This document shows, piece by piece, positions 39,001 to 50,200 of a stretch of 64,000 bases of DNA (position 1 is its first letter; each line of letters starts with the position of its first letter). The notes beneath the pieces were generated by a model that did not search any database, had not been told where the DNA came from, and saw nothing but the letters and a program-made list of their open reading frames with translations. Source of the DNA: Pecten maximus. Lineage: Eukaryota. The stretch lies in assembly GCF_902652985.1 (NCBI RefSeq), contig NC_047021.1:16864001-16928000 (forward strand), given 5' to 3'. The position numbers and the translations under genes were made by a program.

Positions 39001-42000
39001 ATTAGGCATGTTGAAGTACAAATGAACTTTGACCACGACCGATAATTTGATTAACTATAGACGTTAATGTTCTCGCTGTTTGATATGTTGTGGTGTCTTG
39101 ACCATATGCAGTGTTATACCTTGTTATACAGAACATAGCTTAATCTTATAATCCTAATAGGGAACATGTTTAAAGGTTTTAAGATGGATTAATACATGAT
39201 TAAAGCTCTGGGTCGAAAACCTTTTAATTACCAGTTATTCCGCCAAGTGACAGGTAATCACAACTCTATATAGCAGGTGTTATTGTCCAGTAGTAGGACT
39301 GGCCCTGTGATACACGGATGCTCATCAAACCAAATAATTTAAACATTTTTTTTCAAATTACTAAAGTTCATTTGTTTAGATTAGATAGAAAAGCCACAGC
39401 CGACGACTACAGCAATAAACGCATTCTTCTATATTATATTATGTTACGTTACGTTAGGATACACTACGCTACGTTAGATTACGTTATGTTATGTTGAATT
39501 ATGTTATGTTATGTTGTGTTGTGTTGTGTTGTATGTTATGTTATGATATGTTATGTTATGCTATGGTAGGCTATGTTATGTTATATATTATGTCATANNN
39601 NNNNNNNNNNNNNNNNNNNNNNNNNNNNNNNNNNNNNNNNNNNNNNNNNNNNNNNNNNNNNNNNNNNNNNNNNNNNNNNNNNNNNNNNNNNNNNNNNNNN
39701 NNNNNNNNNNNNNNNNNNNNNNNNNNNNNNNNNNNNNNNNNNNNNNNNNNNNNNNNNNNNNNNNNNNNNNNNNNNNNNNNNNNNNNNNNNNNNNNNNNNN
39801 NNNNNNNNNNNNNNNNATGTTATGTTATATGCCATCAACTGTCTGATGTAAACAACTTATAGTTATAGATGTCTGATGTAAACAACTTATAGTTATAGAT
39901 GTCTGATGTAAACAACTTATAGTTATAGATGTATTAAGTTTCATCAGTATACTACACATCGTGCCTCGCGCCTGATGTACCGGGGCTATATTTTTTCTAC
40001 TATGTACAAAATGAACAAAATGGATACAGTGTAATTCATACGTCTGATGTACAATATTAACAGTAGCTGACGTACTGTAAAAACAATTATACATTTATGA
40101 TATTGTAAAATAAATGAGATATGGAGGTATGATATATGCCGTACTTTCAAAGTCCGGTGTTGAAATAATGGTACAACAGCAAATACCATTTATTTGTGGT
40201 ATACCGTACATACCAATCATTTCAGTTGTATGTCTGGCCCAGTTTTATGTGTCTTTTGTTTTTTGTTTGTAAAGTAAGGTGTACCAAGTCCGTTTTCTGC
40301 CTTTCGAGGACATCATAAGGTGATCAACAGAACGATTAAAGTGATCAACGTAACAAGAAAACGGTTGAATTGTTCCTATTGACACGCAGTTGTGTACCTA
40401 TTTAACGGTGAAAGCACGTGGAAACTAAGACATAGGTAAATACAACAAATGCTACACAAACAAGGAAATCTGATAAGGAAAAATATAAGTACCGCGTCGG
40501 CCACTTGTAAAGAAGATTACTTTTCCTCTGTGATCAATACATTGATATCAACTTCATTTGCCTGTTACATGTTACACCGACATTTCAACACCTGTTACAA
40601 GTTTTAATATGACTTAGATGTCTGTTTTACCAAATCTTATATTCAACTACTCTACAACATGAATTGAGCTGAATGCACATGTTATCATTTTCTGTAACAT
40701 TACAGATCGTTGGTCATGCCCACTATTGATATTGTCCATAGAGACACTTATCTAATACATTATAAGGAGTCATAACAATACACAACTGGTTAACTGTGTA
40801 TGGCTACTGAAGATTCCACCACGAGCTCTATTGGACATTTGATATGTTTAAGAAAGAGTTATTAGATATTTTAACGACACGTACATGTATATAATTATCA
40901 AACTTTATTTCTTAAAAGAGATCAGTGAAATACAATGAAATCGGCAGAAAAAAATGAATAAATAGCGAGAACAGTTCTTTTAACGCGGACTGAGAGAACC
41001 TGCAAAGCAGGTTACTTATTTCGCGTTCCGAAAGTGTAAGCTAAATTCGAACTGGATTTTAGTATGTAAATTGGTTATACTACATGTATGTACATGAATG
41101 TAATTTTCATGTTATATGTACATGTAGTTATTATGTTATTAAAGCGAATTCATTGAAAAAAGATATTCCTTAAAAATCCGCTCCAGCAATTCACGAAAAT
41201 GCATCTATATGTGACCATAGCAGTAGCTGTATTGTGATAGCATTGTTTTTTGTTGTTGTTTATTGTGGTGAAAGTATACCTACCATTAAAATAAAAGTTA
41301 TCAACTTGAGTTTTATCCCATACAATCCGAAGGGATAGACTATCTTAAAACATATTGATCCACAATGTCTCCGTCGGTCTTTGAAATGGTATTATTAAAA
41401 ATATACATGGAATACTGCTTATGTATGTGAAGAATTTATAAGTGCCATTATAAAAAAAATAACAAAAGGGTCTTTACCTTCCTTTTCCGAATCAGTTTTC
41501 GACGGAAATTATTAAAAATCTCGCTTCCAGGATCCGACCCTGTTAAAGATGGACGTTTTGTCGGACCGGAAGCCGTGACTGGTGAGGAGTTAGACTTTTT
41601 TCTCATTACGTCGACAATTTGTTTCATTTTTTCCTTGTTTTCCTGTGTCGGTTCTGGTGTCTTCACAGGTGTAGATTGCGAAGTCCGTTCGTTCGAATGA
41701 CTTCGGCGTCGCGGTCTTGTACTTCTATTTGTTGAAAACCCTAGCATCCTGTTCGTTAGACTTGTCTTCTTCTTTAAGGCAAGTTCCTCGTACATCGCCA
41801 CTTCATTAGTGGTGGACATCTGGCGGTTCCGGTTCCGGTTTGGAAGTTTCGTGCCCATTGAATTCAGGGACTGGAGCATTGCTATCTTCTTCATTTCATA
41901 CTCTGTCACTTGAATATCAGTCCCCGAACTGTCCGATAAGGTAGATGAACGACGGCGAGCAGCTTTATCGAGGAAAGAGCTTCGTCTACGATGGACACGA

Positions 42001-42269
42001 CTTGTACTTAATGTCGAGAAGACTTCTGATTGCGCATCGTCCATTGCACTGTCTAATGAATATCGATACTTCCGAACAGCCGGTAGGGAGTCTATCTCTT
42101 TTAAATCCTGTCGGAGTATGTTAATCATGGAAGATCTTCTCGACTTCTTTCTTTGATGTATCTTTTTCAACGACGGAACATCCGAGAGTTTCGATTGCTC
42201 CCGAAGTGCAGGAAGAGGTTGTAAGAACCTTCCGCGTCCAATTGGCGACTCCGCTAGAATTTGTGCCAT
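23865..42269 (-). CDS. cnbd2: Cyclic nucleotide-binding domain-containing protein 2-like; 18 coding exons, 2541 nt, 846 aa predicted
   Basis: All exons listed separately join with GT-AG and compatible phases into one open frame. CNB motifs VIVREGH..FYFILTG, RGDSFGEQAI..LRQTTV, and a second degenerate domain WLFVVKSGSC...LQKGMSFG...LVSNG. Family assignment is from recalled motifs. Confidence 0.8.
24119..27343. repeat. 26-bp minisatellite (tctctgtcaccccatacggtctgatt), ~120 copies, in the last CNBD2-like intron
   Basis: 26-nt periodicity. Confidence 0.98.
27781..27915 (-). CDS. cnbd2: CNBD2-like exon 17 (GIEELVFDNQPGFSLVSNGVEVMMINKKFY...GK)
   Basis: tacag| ... |gtttgt, 135 nt. Confidence 0.85.
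28136..28210 (-). CDS. cnbd2: CNBD2-like exon 16 (SMPPAPQEDPPTFIEVRVLQKGMSF)
   Basis: tttag| ... |gtaagt, 75 nt. Confidence 0.85.
28487..28584 (-). CDS. cnbd2: CNBD2-like exon 15 (NRPSSTTTYADDFETELEWRRKQVTIRSDTPE)
   Basis: ctaag| ... |gtatgt, 98 nt, phase-compatible. Confidence 0.7.
28867..28906 (-). CDS. cnbd2: CNBD2-like exon 14 (GPYLKPKQLISED)
   Basis: tacag| ... |gtaatt, 40 nt, phase-compatible. Confidence 0.65.
29138..29317 (-). CDS. cnbd2: CNBD2-like exon 13 (HINQNSITRAIG...FRKKSIANLHNLVAK)
   Basis: tccag| ... |gtaaac, 180 nt open. Confidence 0.8.
29572..29750 (-). CDS. cnbd2: CNBD2-like exon 12 (VEAAKNDKVISHEDQ...LRKLHFE)
   Basis: ttcag| ... |gtaaat, 179 nt. Confidence 0.75.
29837..29925. 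repeat. 15-bp tandem repeat (caaccaatgagtaca), ~6 copies
   Basis: Direct periodicity. Confidence 0.9.
30073..30160 (-). CDS. cnbd2: CNBD2-like exon 11 (GSCSIFKKLEHVDAKKFKRPTRPLEYRDK)
   Basis: tttag| ... |gtaagt, 88 nt. Confidence 0.85.
30568..30628 (-). CDS. cnbd2: CNBD2-like exon 10 (RGTILVPDSKHSEWLFVVKS)
   Basis: tccag| ... |gtaagt, 61 nt. Confidence 0.85.
30870..31195 (+). mobile_element. Degenerate Pearl/CvA-type (HINE-like) element fragment
   Basis: ccatagcaac...gtgtgaagtttt...gacggacaaacagacagac microsatellite end resembles bivalve elements (from memory). Confidence 0.4.
31264..31341 (-). CDS. cnbd2: CNBD2-like exon 9 (SIPFLEDWPMEKLAEHPKKAILSYF)
   Basis: ttcag| ... |gtacga, 78 nt. 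Confidence 0.85.
31469..31527 (-). CDS. cnbd2: CNBD2-like exon 8 (DFVDIFMSGGLRDPNDPFL)
   Basis: tttag| ... |gtattg, 59 nt. Confidence 0.85.
31876..32036 (-). CDS. cnbd2: CNBD2-like exon 7 (phosphate-binding cassette RGDSFGEQAIMTQSLRQTTVIS)
   Basis: tacag| ... |gtaaat, 161 nt. Confidence 0.9.
32342..32750. repeat. 38-bp minisatellite (gaatacaggctatcatcgaaatatgcttagtttgtaca), ~11 copies
   Basis: 38-nt periodicity. Confidence 0.96.
34117..34560. mobile_element. 444-bp MITE with TTAA TSD and 17-bp TIR (Kolobok-like)
   Basis: ttaa|AGAGGCTTGCCCGCAGA ... TCTGCGGGTAAGCCTCT|ttaa, one mismatch. TTAA with purine-purine termini fits Kolobok rather than piggyBac. Confidence 0.85.
34739..34812 (-). CDS. 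cnbd2: CNBD2-like exon 6 (YSAKRVIVREGHIARGFYFILTGA)
   Basis: aacag| ... |gtaatt, 74 nt. Confidence 0.9.
35090..35205. mobile_element. Degenerate hairpin (Crypton-like) element centred on gctcgccaaggctc
   Basis: tttcatat...gaagtttt...aaaacttc...atatgaaa imperfect inverted arms. Confidence 0.4.
35457..35545 (-). CDS. cnbd2: CNBD2-like exon 5 (LQTALRNYKSIAEYPVRMQKLIAQRAWLE)
   Basis: tacag| ... |gtgagt, 89 nt. Confidence 0.88.
35917..36560. mobile_element. Crypton-like non-autonomous element: ~170-bp terminal hairpin plus a second inverted-repeat pair
   Basis: Hairpin 35923-36093 centred on gaaggccgcaggcctgag; tattctaccatgt (36095-36107) is inverted to acatggtagaata (36545-36557). Confidence 0.6.
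36663..36737 (-). CDS. cnbd2: CNBD2-like exon 4 (ASVSNETRRILEKRPKERTEEEIHY)
   Basis: accag| ... |gtaagt, 75 nt. Confidence 0.88.
37177..37282 (-). CDS. cnbd2: CNBD2-like exon 3 (VGEILGHFDTLDAMTNSAGASNLLFDITDYKASKQ)
   Basis: ttcag| ... |gtaac, 106 nt. Confidence 0.82.
38023..38102 (-). CDS. cnbd2: CNBD2-like exon 2 (GRPFQRFRRLAKFLVVLLRAWRIHSQ)
   Basis: tccag| ... |gtaagt, 80 nt. Confidence 0.82.
38528..38865. repeat. Old, diverged ~34-37-bp tandem repeat (cctgtcaccacatgtggaacc...acgtt)
   Basis: Recurrent cacatgtggaacc and acgttcc motifs. Confidence 0.7.
39435..39830. repeat. (TATGT)n-like pentanucleotide microsatellite spanning assembly gap 39598-39816
   Basis: ttatg/ttacg units on both sides of the N run. 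Confidence 0.85.
39839..39932. repeat. 30-bp unit x3 (gtctgatgtaaacaacttatagttatagat)
   Basis: Exact direct repeats. Confidence 0.95.
41478..42269 (-). CDS. cnbd2: CNBD2-like first coding exon (264 aa; basic, Ser/Arg-rich, probably disordered)
   Basis: acaATG start; 792-nt non-repetitive ORF; AAG|gtaaag phase-0 donor; candidate upstream acceptor ttctag| at 42608. Confidence 0.82.
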
Positions 42270-44656
42270 TGTGAAAAAGTATTAAAAAAGTCCTTTATGA
42301 TGATATTATTCTGATTTATAAAAGCACATGATTATTTTTTTTATGTACAAACTCAATACATCCAGGTGGAATATGTTCCTTTATCCATAAAGAAATTCCA
42401 GGAATTACTTTAAAATCCCATATCATCGGTTAGAATCGGAATTTTGAAACACGTCATTTTACTGTTGGCTAAGTGACAATTCAAATGTCACATGCCTGGT
42501 TCCATCCCAGATATCCCTCTGTATGATATAGGACGATAAAATTCTGTCTGAATGTTTTTCCCTTACATTTTTGCGATTTCTCTCCAATGTATGCTTCAGC
42601 AGGTTCACCTAGAATAAAACAAAATAGTTTCGTGGTCTGAGAACACGGCCAACTAATTCAGGATACCGTCAATTACTTAAATATAAATTTGCTTATCGAT
42701 AAGCCACCTGGGATTACTAAGATCAATCACTGAGCAGGGAGATTAACCCAGGTCTGATCGCTTGGTACGTTTTTAGAATTTATGCTTTATTTGAATAAAC
42801 CTAAATCAATGGAAAACACTTCCACTTTTTTACGTGCGCATTGATGAGAGAAAAAATGATAACTACATTGTATGAGTAAAATTTCAAATGATTTTGTTTT
42901 GTACATTATATAAGAGTTAAGTATGGTATAGGATTAGTATATACAGTATATATAGTAGTACATAGCCGTGTTATATAGCGCTAAGTCGTGTAAGTCAATT
43001 AGCGATCAGGCGTGATATCAGTTAATCAGGTCACGTGCATTTACTTGTTACGAATATTAAACACTAATACATACAGCAGGACTGATGTTACGAAACCTGG
43101 ACATTGTATTTACAATTGTTTTCTCTGTCACAACGTAAATCGTTTAAACTCCAGCTATTGACCTCAGCCAGGCTTTTCTAAGGTCAAAATATTTATGTTT
43201 ATAAAAATATAACGATTTGCACTAAGTCTATATTAAATCTTTTGGTTGGCATTGCTATATGAAAACTTTTTATATTGAGTCATGGCTTAAGAACAAACAT
43301 ATTTATGATACAATTTTTACTTTCAATCACAAGTCTATCAAATATCATATTAATGGAAAGTCATGTCGAGAATGAATTCTATGTGAATGATTTGAAGGCA
43401 AACATGAGTGATGCCATGATATACGTAATATGATTACGATATCATGTTCATCGAAAGGTGCCCGAAAAACAAAATGTCCTGCTAGAGGATACCCGAGTTA
43501 CAACGGGGTGACAGAAAGACAAACGTCTTAATGTCGGTATGATTTATATAACAAGTATTTGTACGATAACATTTCACAACCATTTATTGTTGCCTAGATT
43601 TACAGACTGACATTCTAAATCTCAAGTACTTTAGTTGGGTTTACCTTAGCGAGTATTAAAACACATTATTCATTGTTTCTATGTCCGTTATAATGGACGC
43701 TGACATATCGCCATATCTACATATCTACTTGAGAGTGAAAACACGTGAAAGTTTTAGGATATGTCATACTGAGCACACCTGGGCAGGTACATATACTGTA
43801 TAATGTGGATATAATATCCATAATTCCGAAAAGTCAAAAGATTCCAAAATGGAAAACACACTGTAGTACATAAATGTGTGTGATATCCAAGCAGATAACT
43901 GTTACCCTCGTGCCGTAATAACAAACTTTCATTTACATCTGAGTAGAGGAATACATAGATAGACCTACAAAAGCCAGGTCCAGCTTTTCTCTCACTTTTA
44001 TAAACATGTTTCAAGTGTACATTTGTTTAGGCTCATATGGATTCCCGGAGCTGGAGCGTCGTGATTCCCACTGTTTCGTCCTGTAGTATCACCAAAGTCC
44101 CCTACCTGACCGGTAGCTGATGTGATGTCAATGTAATGTTTCTATCCTCATAATTAACGTGTGCCTTGTTTACATGTTTACAATAACTATACGAGTAATC
44201 TTAATACGAAGTTCTTAGAGTTATATAGTACTATGAACATATACAACGAATACCTCAGACATGCCTTAAGTTGTCTTCTATGATAGGTTTCTGTATAAGA
44301 TAGCCTTAGTCGTCCTCCTTTACTATTTTTAAATGATTATTCATGACATAAATGATTATTCATGACATGTGTAAGATAAATCAAATGTCGATGAAAGTGA
44401 CTGTCACTACAGATCGCTAAAAGTAATGTTCATTTTCTATAGAAAACAACAATCTGAATTTATACATGCTTGTCATTCTTTTAGTGGTAATCAACATTCC
44501 TGCAAGGCACAATAATGGGGAATTATTAGAAAGTTTTGGACCAAGATATAGCCACAACATTTCAGTCGCCTTTGTCCTGCGGAACTACTGGGACAGTTTA
44601 GTTTAACAGCGTACGATCTGTCTACATACATATGATGGTATTGGTGTAATCAAAAT

Positions 44657-45693
44657 CATGTGATGATAGGATGTGTCCCCATTGATGTGACGGTAGGATG
44701 TGTCCTCATTGATGTGATGGTAGGATGTGTCCCCATAGATGTGACGGTAGGATGTGTCCCCAATGATGTGACGGTAGGATGTGTCCCCATTGATGTGACG
44801 GTAGGATGTGTCCCCATTGATGTGATGGTAGGATGTGTCCCCATAGATGTGACGGTAGGATGTGTCCCCATAGATGTGACGGTAGGATGTGTCCCCATTG
44901 ATGTGACGGTAGGATGTGTCCTCATTGATGTGATGGTAGGATGTGTCCCCATAGATGTGACGGTAGGATGTGTCCCCGTTGATGTGACGGTAGGATGTGT
45001 CCCCATTGATGTGACGGTAGGATGTGTCCCCATTGATGTGATGGTAGGATGTGTCCCCATAGATGTGACGGTAGGATGTGTCCCCATTGATGTGATGGTA
45101 GGATGTGTCCCCATAGATGTGACGGTAGGATGTATCCCCATTGATGTGACGGTAGGATGTGTCCCCGTTGATGTGACGGTAGGATGTGTCCCCATTGATG
45201 TGACGGTAGGATGTGTCCTCACTGATGTGATGATAGGATGTGTCCCCATAGATGTGACGGTAGGAAATGTCCCCATTGATGTGACGGTTGGATGTGTCCT
45301 CATTGATGTGACGGTAGGATGTGTCCCCATTGATGTGATGGTAGGATGTTTCCTCATTGATGTGACGGTAGGATGTGTCCCCATTGATGTGACGATAGGA
45401 TGTGTCCCTATAGATGTGATGGTATGATGTGTCCCTATAGATGTGACGGTAGGATGTGTCCCCATTGATGTGACGGTAGGATGTGTCCCCATTGATGTGA
45501 CGGTAGGATGTGTCCCTATAGATGTGACGGTAGGTTGTGTCCCCATTGATGTGACGGTAGGATGTGTCCCATTGATGTGACGGTAGGATGTGTCCCCATT
45601 GATGTGACGGTAGGATGTGTCCCCATAGATGTGACGGTAGGATGTGTCCCCATTGATGTGACGGTAGGATGTGTCCCTTTAGATGTGACGGTA
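44657..45693. repeat. 27-bp minisatellite (gatgtgtccccattgatgtgacggtag), ~38 copies
   Basis: 27-nt periodicity. Confidence 0.97.
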
Positions 45694-46071
45694 AAAGGTA
45701 TATATGTTGATGTGATGTGCATCCGATTATGAAAATGACTCTTGAAAAAACAGTCAAGTGAATATGACTTCAAAAATTGATTTAGTAATGGATACAACAG
45801 TACGGAACAATTTTATATAAATACAAGGGACTAAATCTCTGAGAGGATAATCTCGAATAAAAGTAAAATAAAGATACAGGCATAAAATAGTTGTTTTTCA
45901 TATCGAAATCAGAAACAAAAGTCTTACCCCATAACTGCTGTCAATCCGAAGTCATCCCTATGTTGGAATGCCATTCTGGGCGTCTTAAATACCGAAATCC
46001 AACTCAATACCACTGTACTATACTGTAATACTGATGGTCGTATTGAGTTACATACCTGTAGTCTGGACGGC

Positions 46072-46189
46072 TGTTATAACGGTATAAATGACACAACTAA
46101 TCCCTAGATATTAGCCACCAGTCATTACAGTTATAACGGTATAAATGACACAACTTACCCCTAGATATTAGCCACCAGTCATTACAGTT
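46072..46189. repeat. 57-bp tandem duplication
   Basis: gttataacggtataaatgacacaact...gccaccagtcattaca x2. Confidence 0.9.
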
Positions 46190-47241
46190 TTGGTGAATAC
46201 CATACCCAAAACATTTCCTCGTTCACAAATCGACGACGGTAACAATCTTATCTATTTATTTATAAGGTTTTTAATCACACAATGCCACCTTTATGCAGTA
46301 CTTTTAACTATTTTATAAAACTTTAACCTATTTTGATTTAAAACCCCATTAACAGAAAATCAGCTTCATTTTTTACGGCATTTTTAATAACGTAAGTCAA
46401 TCTGATTCGTATCCTGGATATTTAGCAGAATTACAGATATTTATCTTTAGAAAGTGAATATTCTATTAGGTATTTTATGAGCGACATTTTGTAAGGAGTT
46501 CATTCGTGTCATAGTCAGAATGCTTTTTAAAAGAGCCTCCGTCTCAATAAATCAGATAATTGACTGGAAACTTTGATTGATAATGTTGTCGCCCGGACAC
46601 CATATACTTTTATGTACCGTCATCGTAATCGCTTTAGTTTGTCCTCCGCGTGCACCTGCTAGCTTAAGCTATTATGTCAGAGGAATTCAATATAAATAAA
46701 CGTTTTAACATTATATCTATGAATAAGGAATGAGCAATATAAATATTTTAAACTGCACTGTTCTTTCTCCGTATCGATAAATATGTTGATGTGATTGTTA
46801 AAAAGATAGCTGAAATATTTACATTAAATTGTTTTCAATCTAACCAGGTGTATTACTACATACAAGCCGGTAAGATCACAGGGATTTGACGGGAATACCC
46901 AATCCAAAGTCGATACGTAATGCAGGTATTAGTATTGGTTTGGGAATCCGTGCCAAGTTCCTGTGGGTATGAACGTGATATACAGCCAGAGGAATCAGGA
47001 TAGGTTGGTGTGAATCAAAACATTACATATATCGCACAAATAGGATTCAAAAAATATATTACATATTTTGGCACGAATTCCATGAGTTGATAAAATATTA
47101 ATTGCAGCCTGATTTACGACTTTATCTTTTCTGTACACGAGCGTTACGTGCGTCGAGCGAGATCACATTCAGGACTATACTTTTTTCTTTGATTAGTGAT
47201 TTTTAAAAAGTATATTTAACATTGTTTGATAACAGAACACA

Positions 47242-50200
47242 GATGAACTTTATGTGTACACCTTCCCATCGTGTTTAACACGGATGAACTTTATGTGTAC
47301 ACCTTCCCATCGTGTTTAACACGGCGTACTCTGTGTATACACCTTCCCATCATATATAACACGGCGTACTTCATGTGTACACCTTCACATCGTGTTTAAC
47401 ACAGTGTACTTCGTGTGTACACCTTCCCATCGTGTTTAACACGGCGCACTTCATGTGTACACCCTCCCATCGTGTTTAACACGGCGTACTTCATGTGTAC
47501 ACCTTCCCATCGTGTTTAACACGGCGTACTTTATGTGTACACCTTCACATCGTGTTTAACACGGCGTACTTCATGTGTACACCTTCCCATCGTGTTTAAC
47601 ACGGCGCACTTTATGTGTACACCTTCCCATCGTGTTTAACACATCGTACTTTATGTGTACACCTTCCCATCGTGTTTAACACGGCGTACTTTATGTGTAT
47701 ACATTCCCATCGTGTTTAACACGGCGTACTTCATGTATACACCTACCCATCGTGTTTAACACGGCGTACTTCATGTGTACACCTTCCCATCGTGTTTAAC
47801 ACGGCGCACTTTATGTGTACACCTTCCCATCGTGTTTAACACGGCGTACTTCATGTATACACCTTCCCATCGTGTTTAACACGGCGTACTTCATGTATAC
47901 ACCTACCCATCGTGTTTAACACGGCGTACTTCATGTGTACACCTTCCCATCGTGTTTAACACGGCGTACTTCATGTATACACCTTCCCATCGTGTTTAAC
48001 ACGGCGTACTTCATGTATACACCTACCCATCGTGTTTAACACGGCGTACTTCATGTGTACATATTCCCATCGTGTTTAACACGGCGTACTTCATGTGTAC
48101 ACCTTCCCATCGTGTTTAACACGGCGTACTTCATGTGTACATATTCCCATCGTGTTTAACACGGCGTACTTCATGTGTACATATTCCCATCGTGTTTAAC
48201 ACGGCGTACTTTATGTGTACACCTTCCCATCGTGTTTAACACATCGTACTTTGTGTGTACACCTTCCCATCGTGTTGAACACGGCGTACTTTATGTGTAC
48301 ACCTTCCCATCGTGTTTAACACGGCGTACTTTATGTGTACACTTCCCATCGTGTTTACCACATCGTCCTTTATGTATACACCTTCCCATCGTGTTTAACA
48401 CGGCGTACTTCATGTGTACACCTTCACATCGTGTTTAACACGGCGTACTTTATGTGTACACCTTCCCATCGTGTTTAACACGGCGTACTTCATGTGTACA
48501 CCTTCCCATCGTGTTTAACACGGCGTACTTTATGTGTACACCTTCCCATCGTGTTTAACACGGCGTACTTCATGTGTACACCTTCCCATCGTGTTTAACA
48601 CATCGTACTTTATGTGTACACCTTCCCATCGTGTTTAACACGGCGTACTTCATGTGTACACCTTCCCATCGTGTTTACCACGTCGTACTGTATGTGTAAA
48701 CCTTCCCATCCTGTATAGTACAGCGTACGTTATGTGTACACCTTCACATCGTGTTTAACACATCGTACTTCATGTATACACCTTCCCATCGTGTATAACA
48801 CGGCGTACTTCATGTGTACACCTTCCCATCGTGTTTAACACGGCGTACTTCATGTGTACACCTTCACATCGTGTTTAACACATCGTACTTCATGTATACA
48901 CCTTCCCATCGTGTATAACACGGCGTACTTTATGTATACACCTTTCCATCGTGTATAACACGGCGTACTTCATGTGTACACCTTCCCATCGTGTTTAATA
49001 CATCGTACTTTATGTATACACCTTCCCATCGTGTTTAACACGGCGTACTTTATGTGTACACCTTCCCATCGTCTTTAACACAGCGTACCTTATGTATACA
49101 CCTTCCCATCGTGTTTAACACGGCGTACTTTATGTATACACCTTCACATCGTGTATAATACGGCGTACTTCATGTGTACACCTTCACATCGTGTATAATA
49201 CAGCGTACTTTATGTGTACACCTTCCCATCGTGTATAATACAGCGTACTTTATGTGTCGTGTTTAACACGGCGTACTTCATGTATACACCTTCACATCGT
49301 GTATAACACGGCGTACTTTATGTGTACACCTTCCCATCGTGTTTAACACGGCGTACTTCATGTATACACCTTCCCATCGTGTTTAACACATCGTACTTCA
49401 TGTGTACATCTTCCGATCGTGTTTAACACGGCGTACTTTATGTGTACACCTTCCCATTGTGTTTAACACGGCTTACTTCATGTATACACCTTCCCATCGT
49501 GTATAACACGGCGTACTTTATGTGTACACCTTCCCATCGTGTTTAACACATCGTACTTCATGTGTACACCTTCCCATCGTGTTTAACACGGCGTACTTCA
49601 TGTGTACACCTTCCCATCGTGTTTAACACGGCGTACTTCATGTGTACACCTTCCCACCGTGTTTAACACGGCGTACTTCATGTGTACACCTTCCCATCGT
49701 GTATAACACGGCGTACTTCATGTGTACACCTTCCCATCGTGTATAACACGGCGTACTTTATGTGTACACCTTCCCATCGTGTATAACACGGCGTACTTCA
49801 TGTGTACACCTTCCCATCGTGTATAACACGGCGTACTTTATGTGTACACCTTCCCATCGTGTATAACACGGCGTACTTCATGTGTACACCTTCCCATCGT
49901 GTTTAACACGGCGTACTTTATGTGTACACCTTCCCATCGTGTTTAATACAGCGTACTTTATGTGTCGTGTTTAACACGGCGTACTTCATGTGTACACCTT
50001 CCCATCGTGTTTAATACAGCGTACTTTATGTGTCGTGTTTAACACGGCGTACTTTATGTGTACACCTTCCCATCGTGTTTAACACATCGTACTTTATGTG
50101 TCGTGTTTAACACGGCGTACTTCATGTGTACACCTTCCCATCGTGTTTAACACATCGTACTTTATGTGTCATGTATAACACGGCGTACTTCATGTGTACA

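Noticed and set aside
44603-45797. Long ORFs in three frames (DTSYRHING, THPTVTSMG and VGCVPIDVT repeats)
   Set aside because: A 27-bp repeat that is open in several frames at once, as expected of a repeat artefact.
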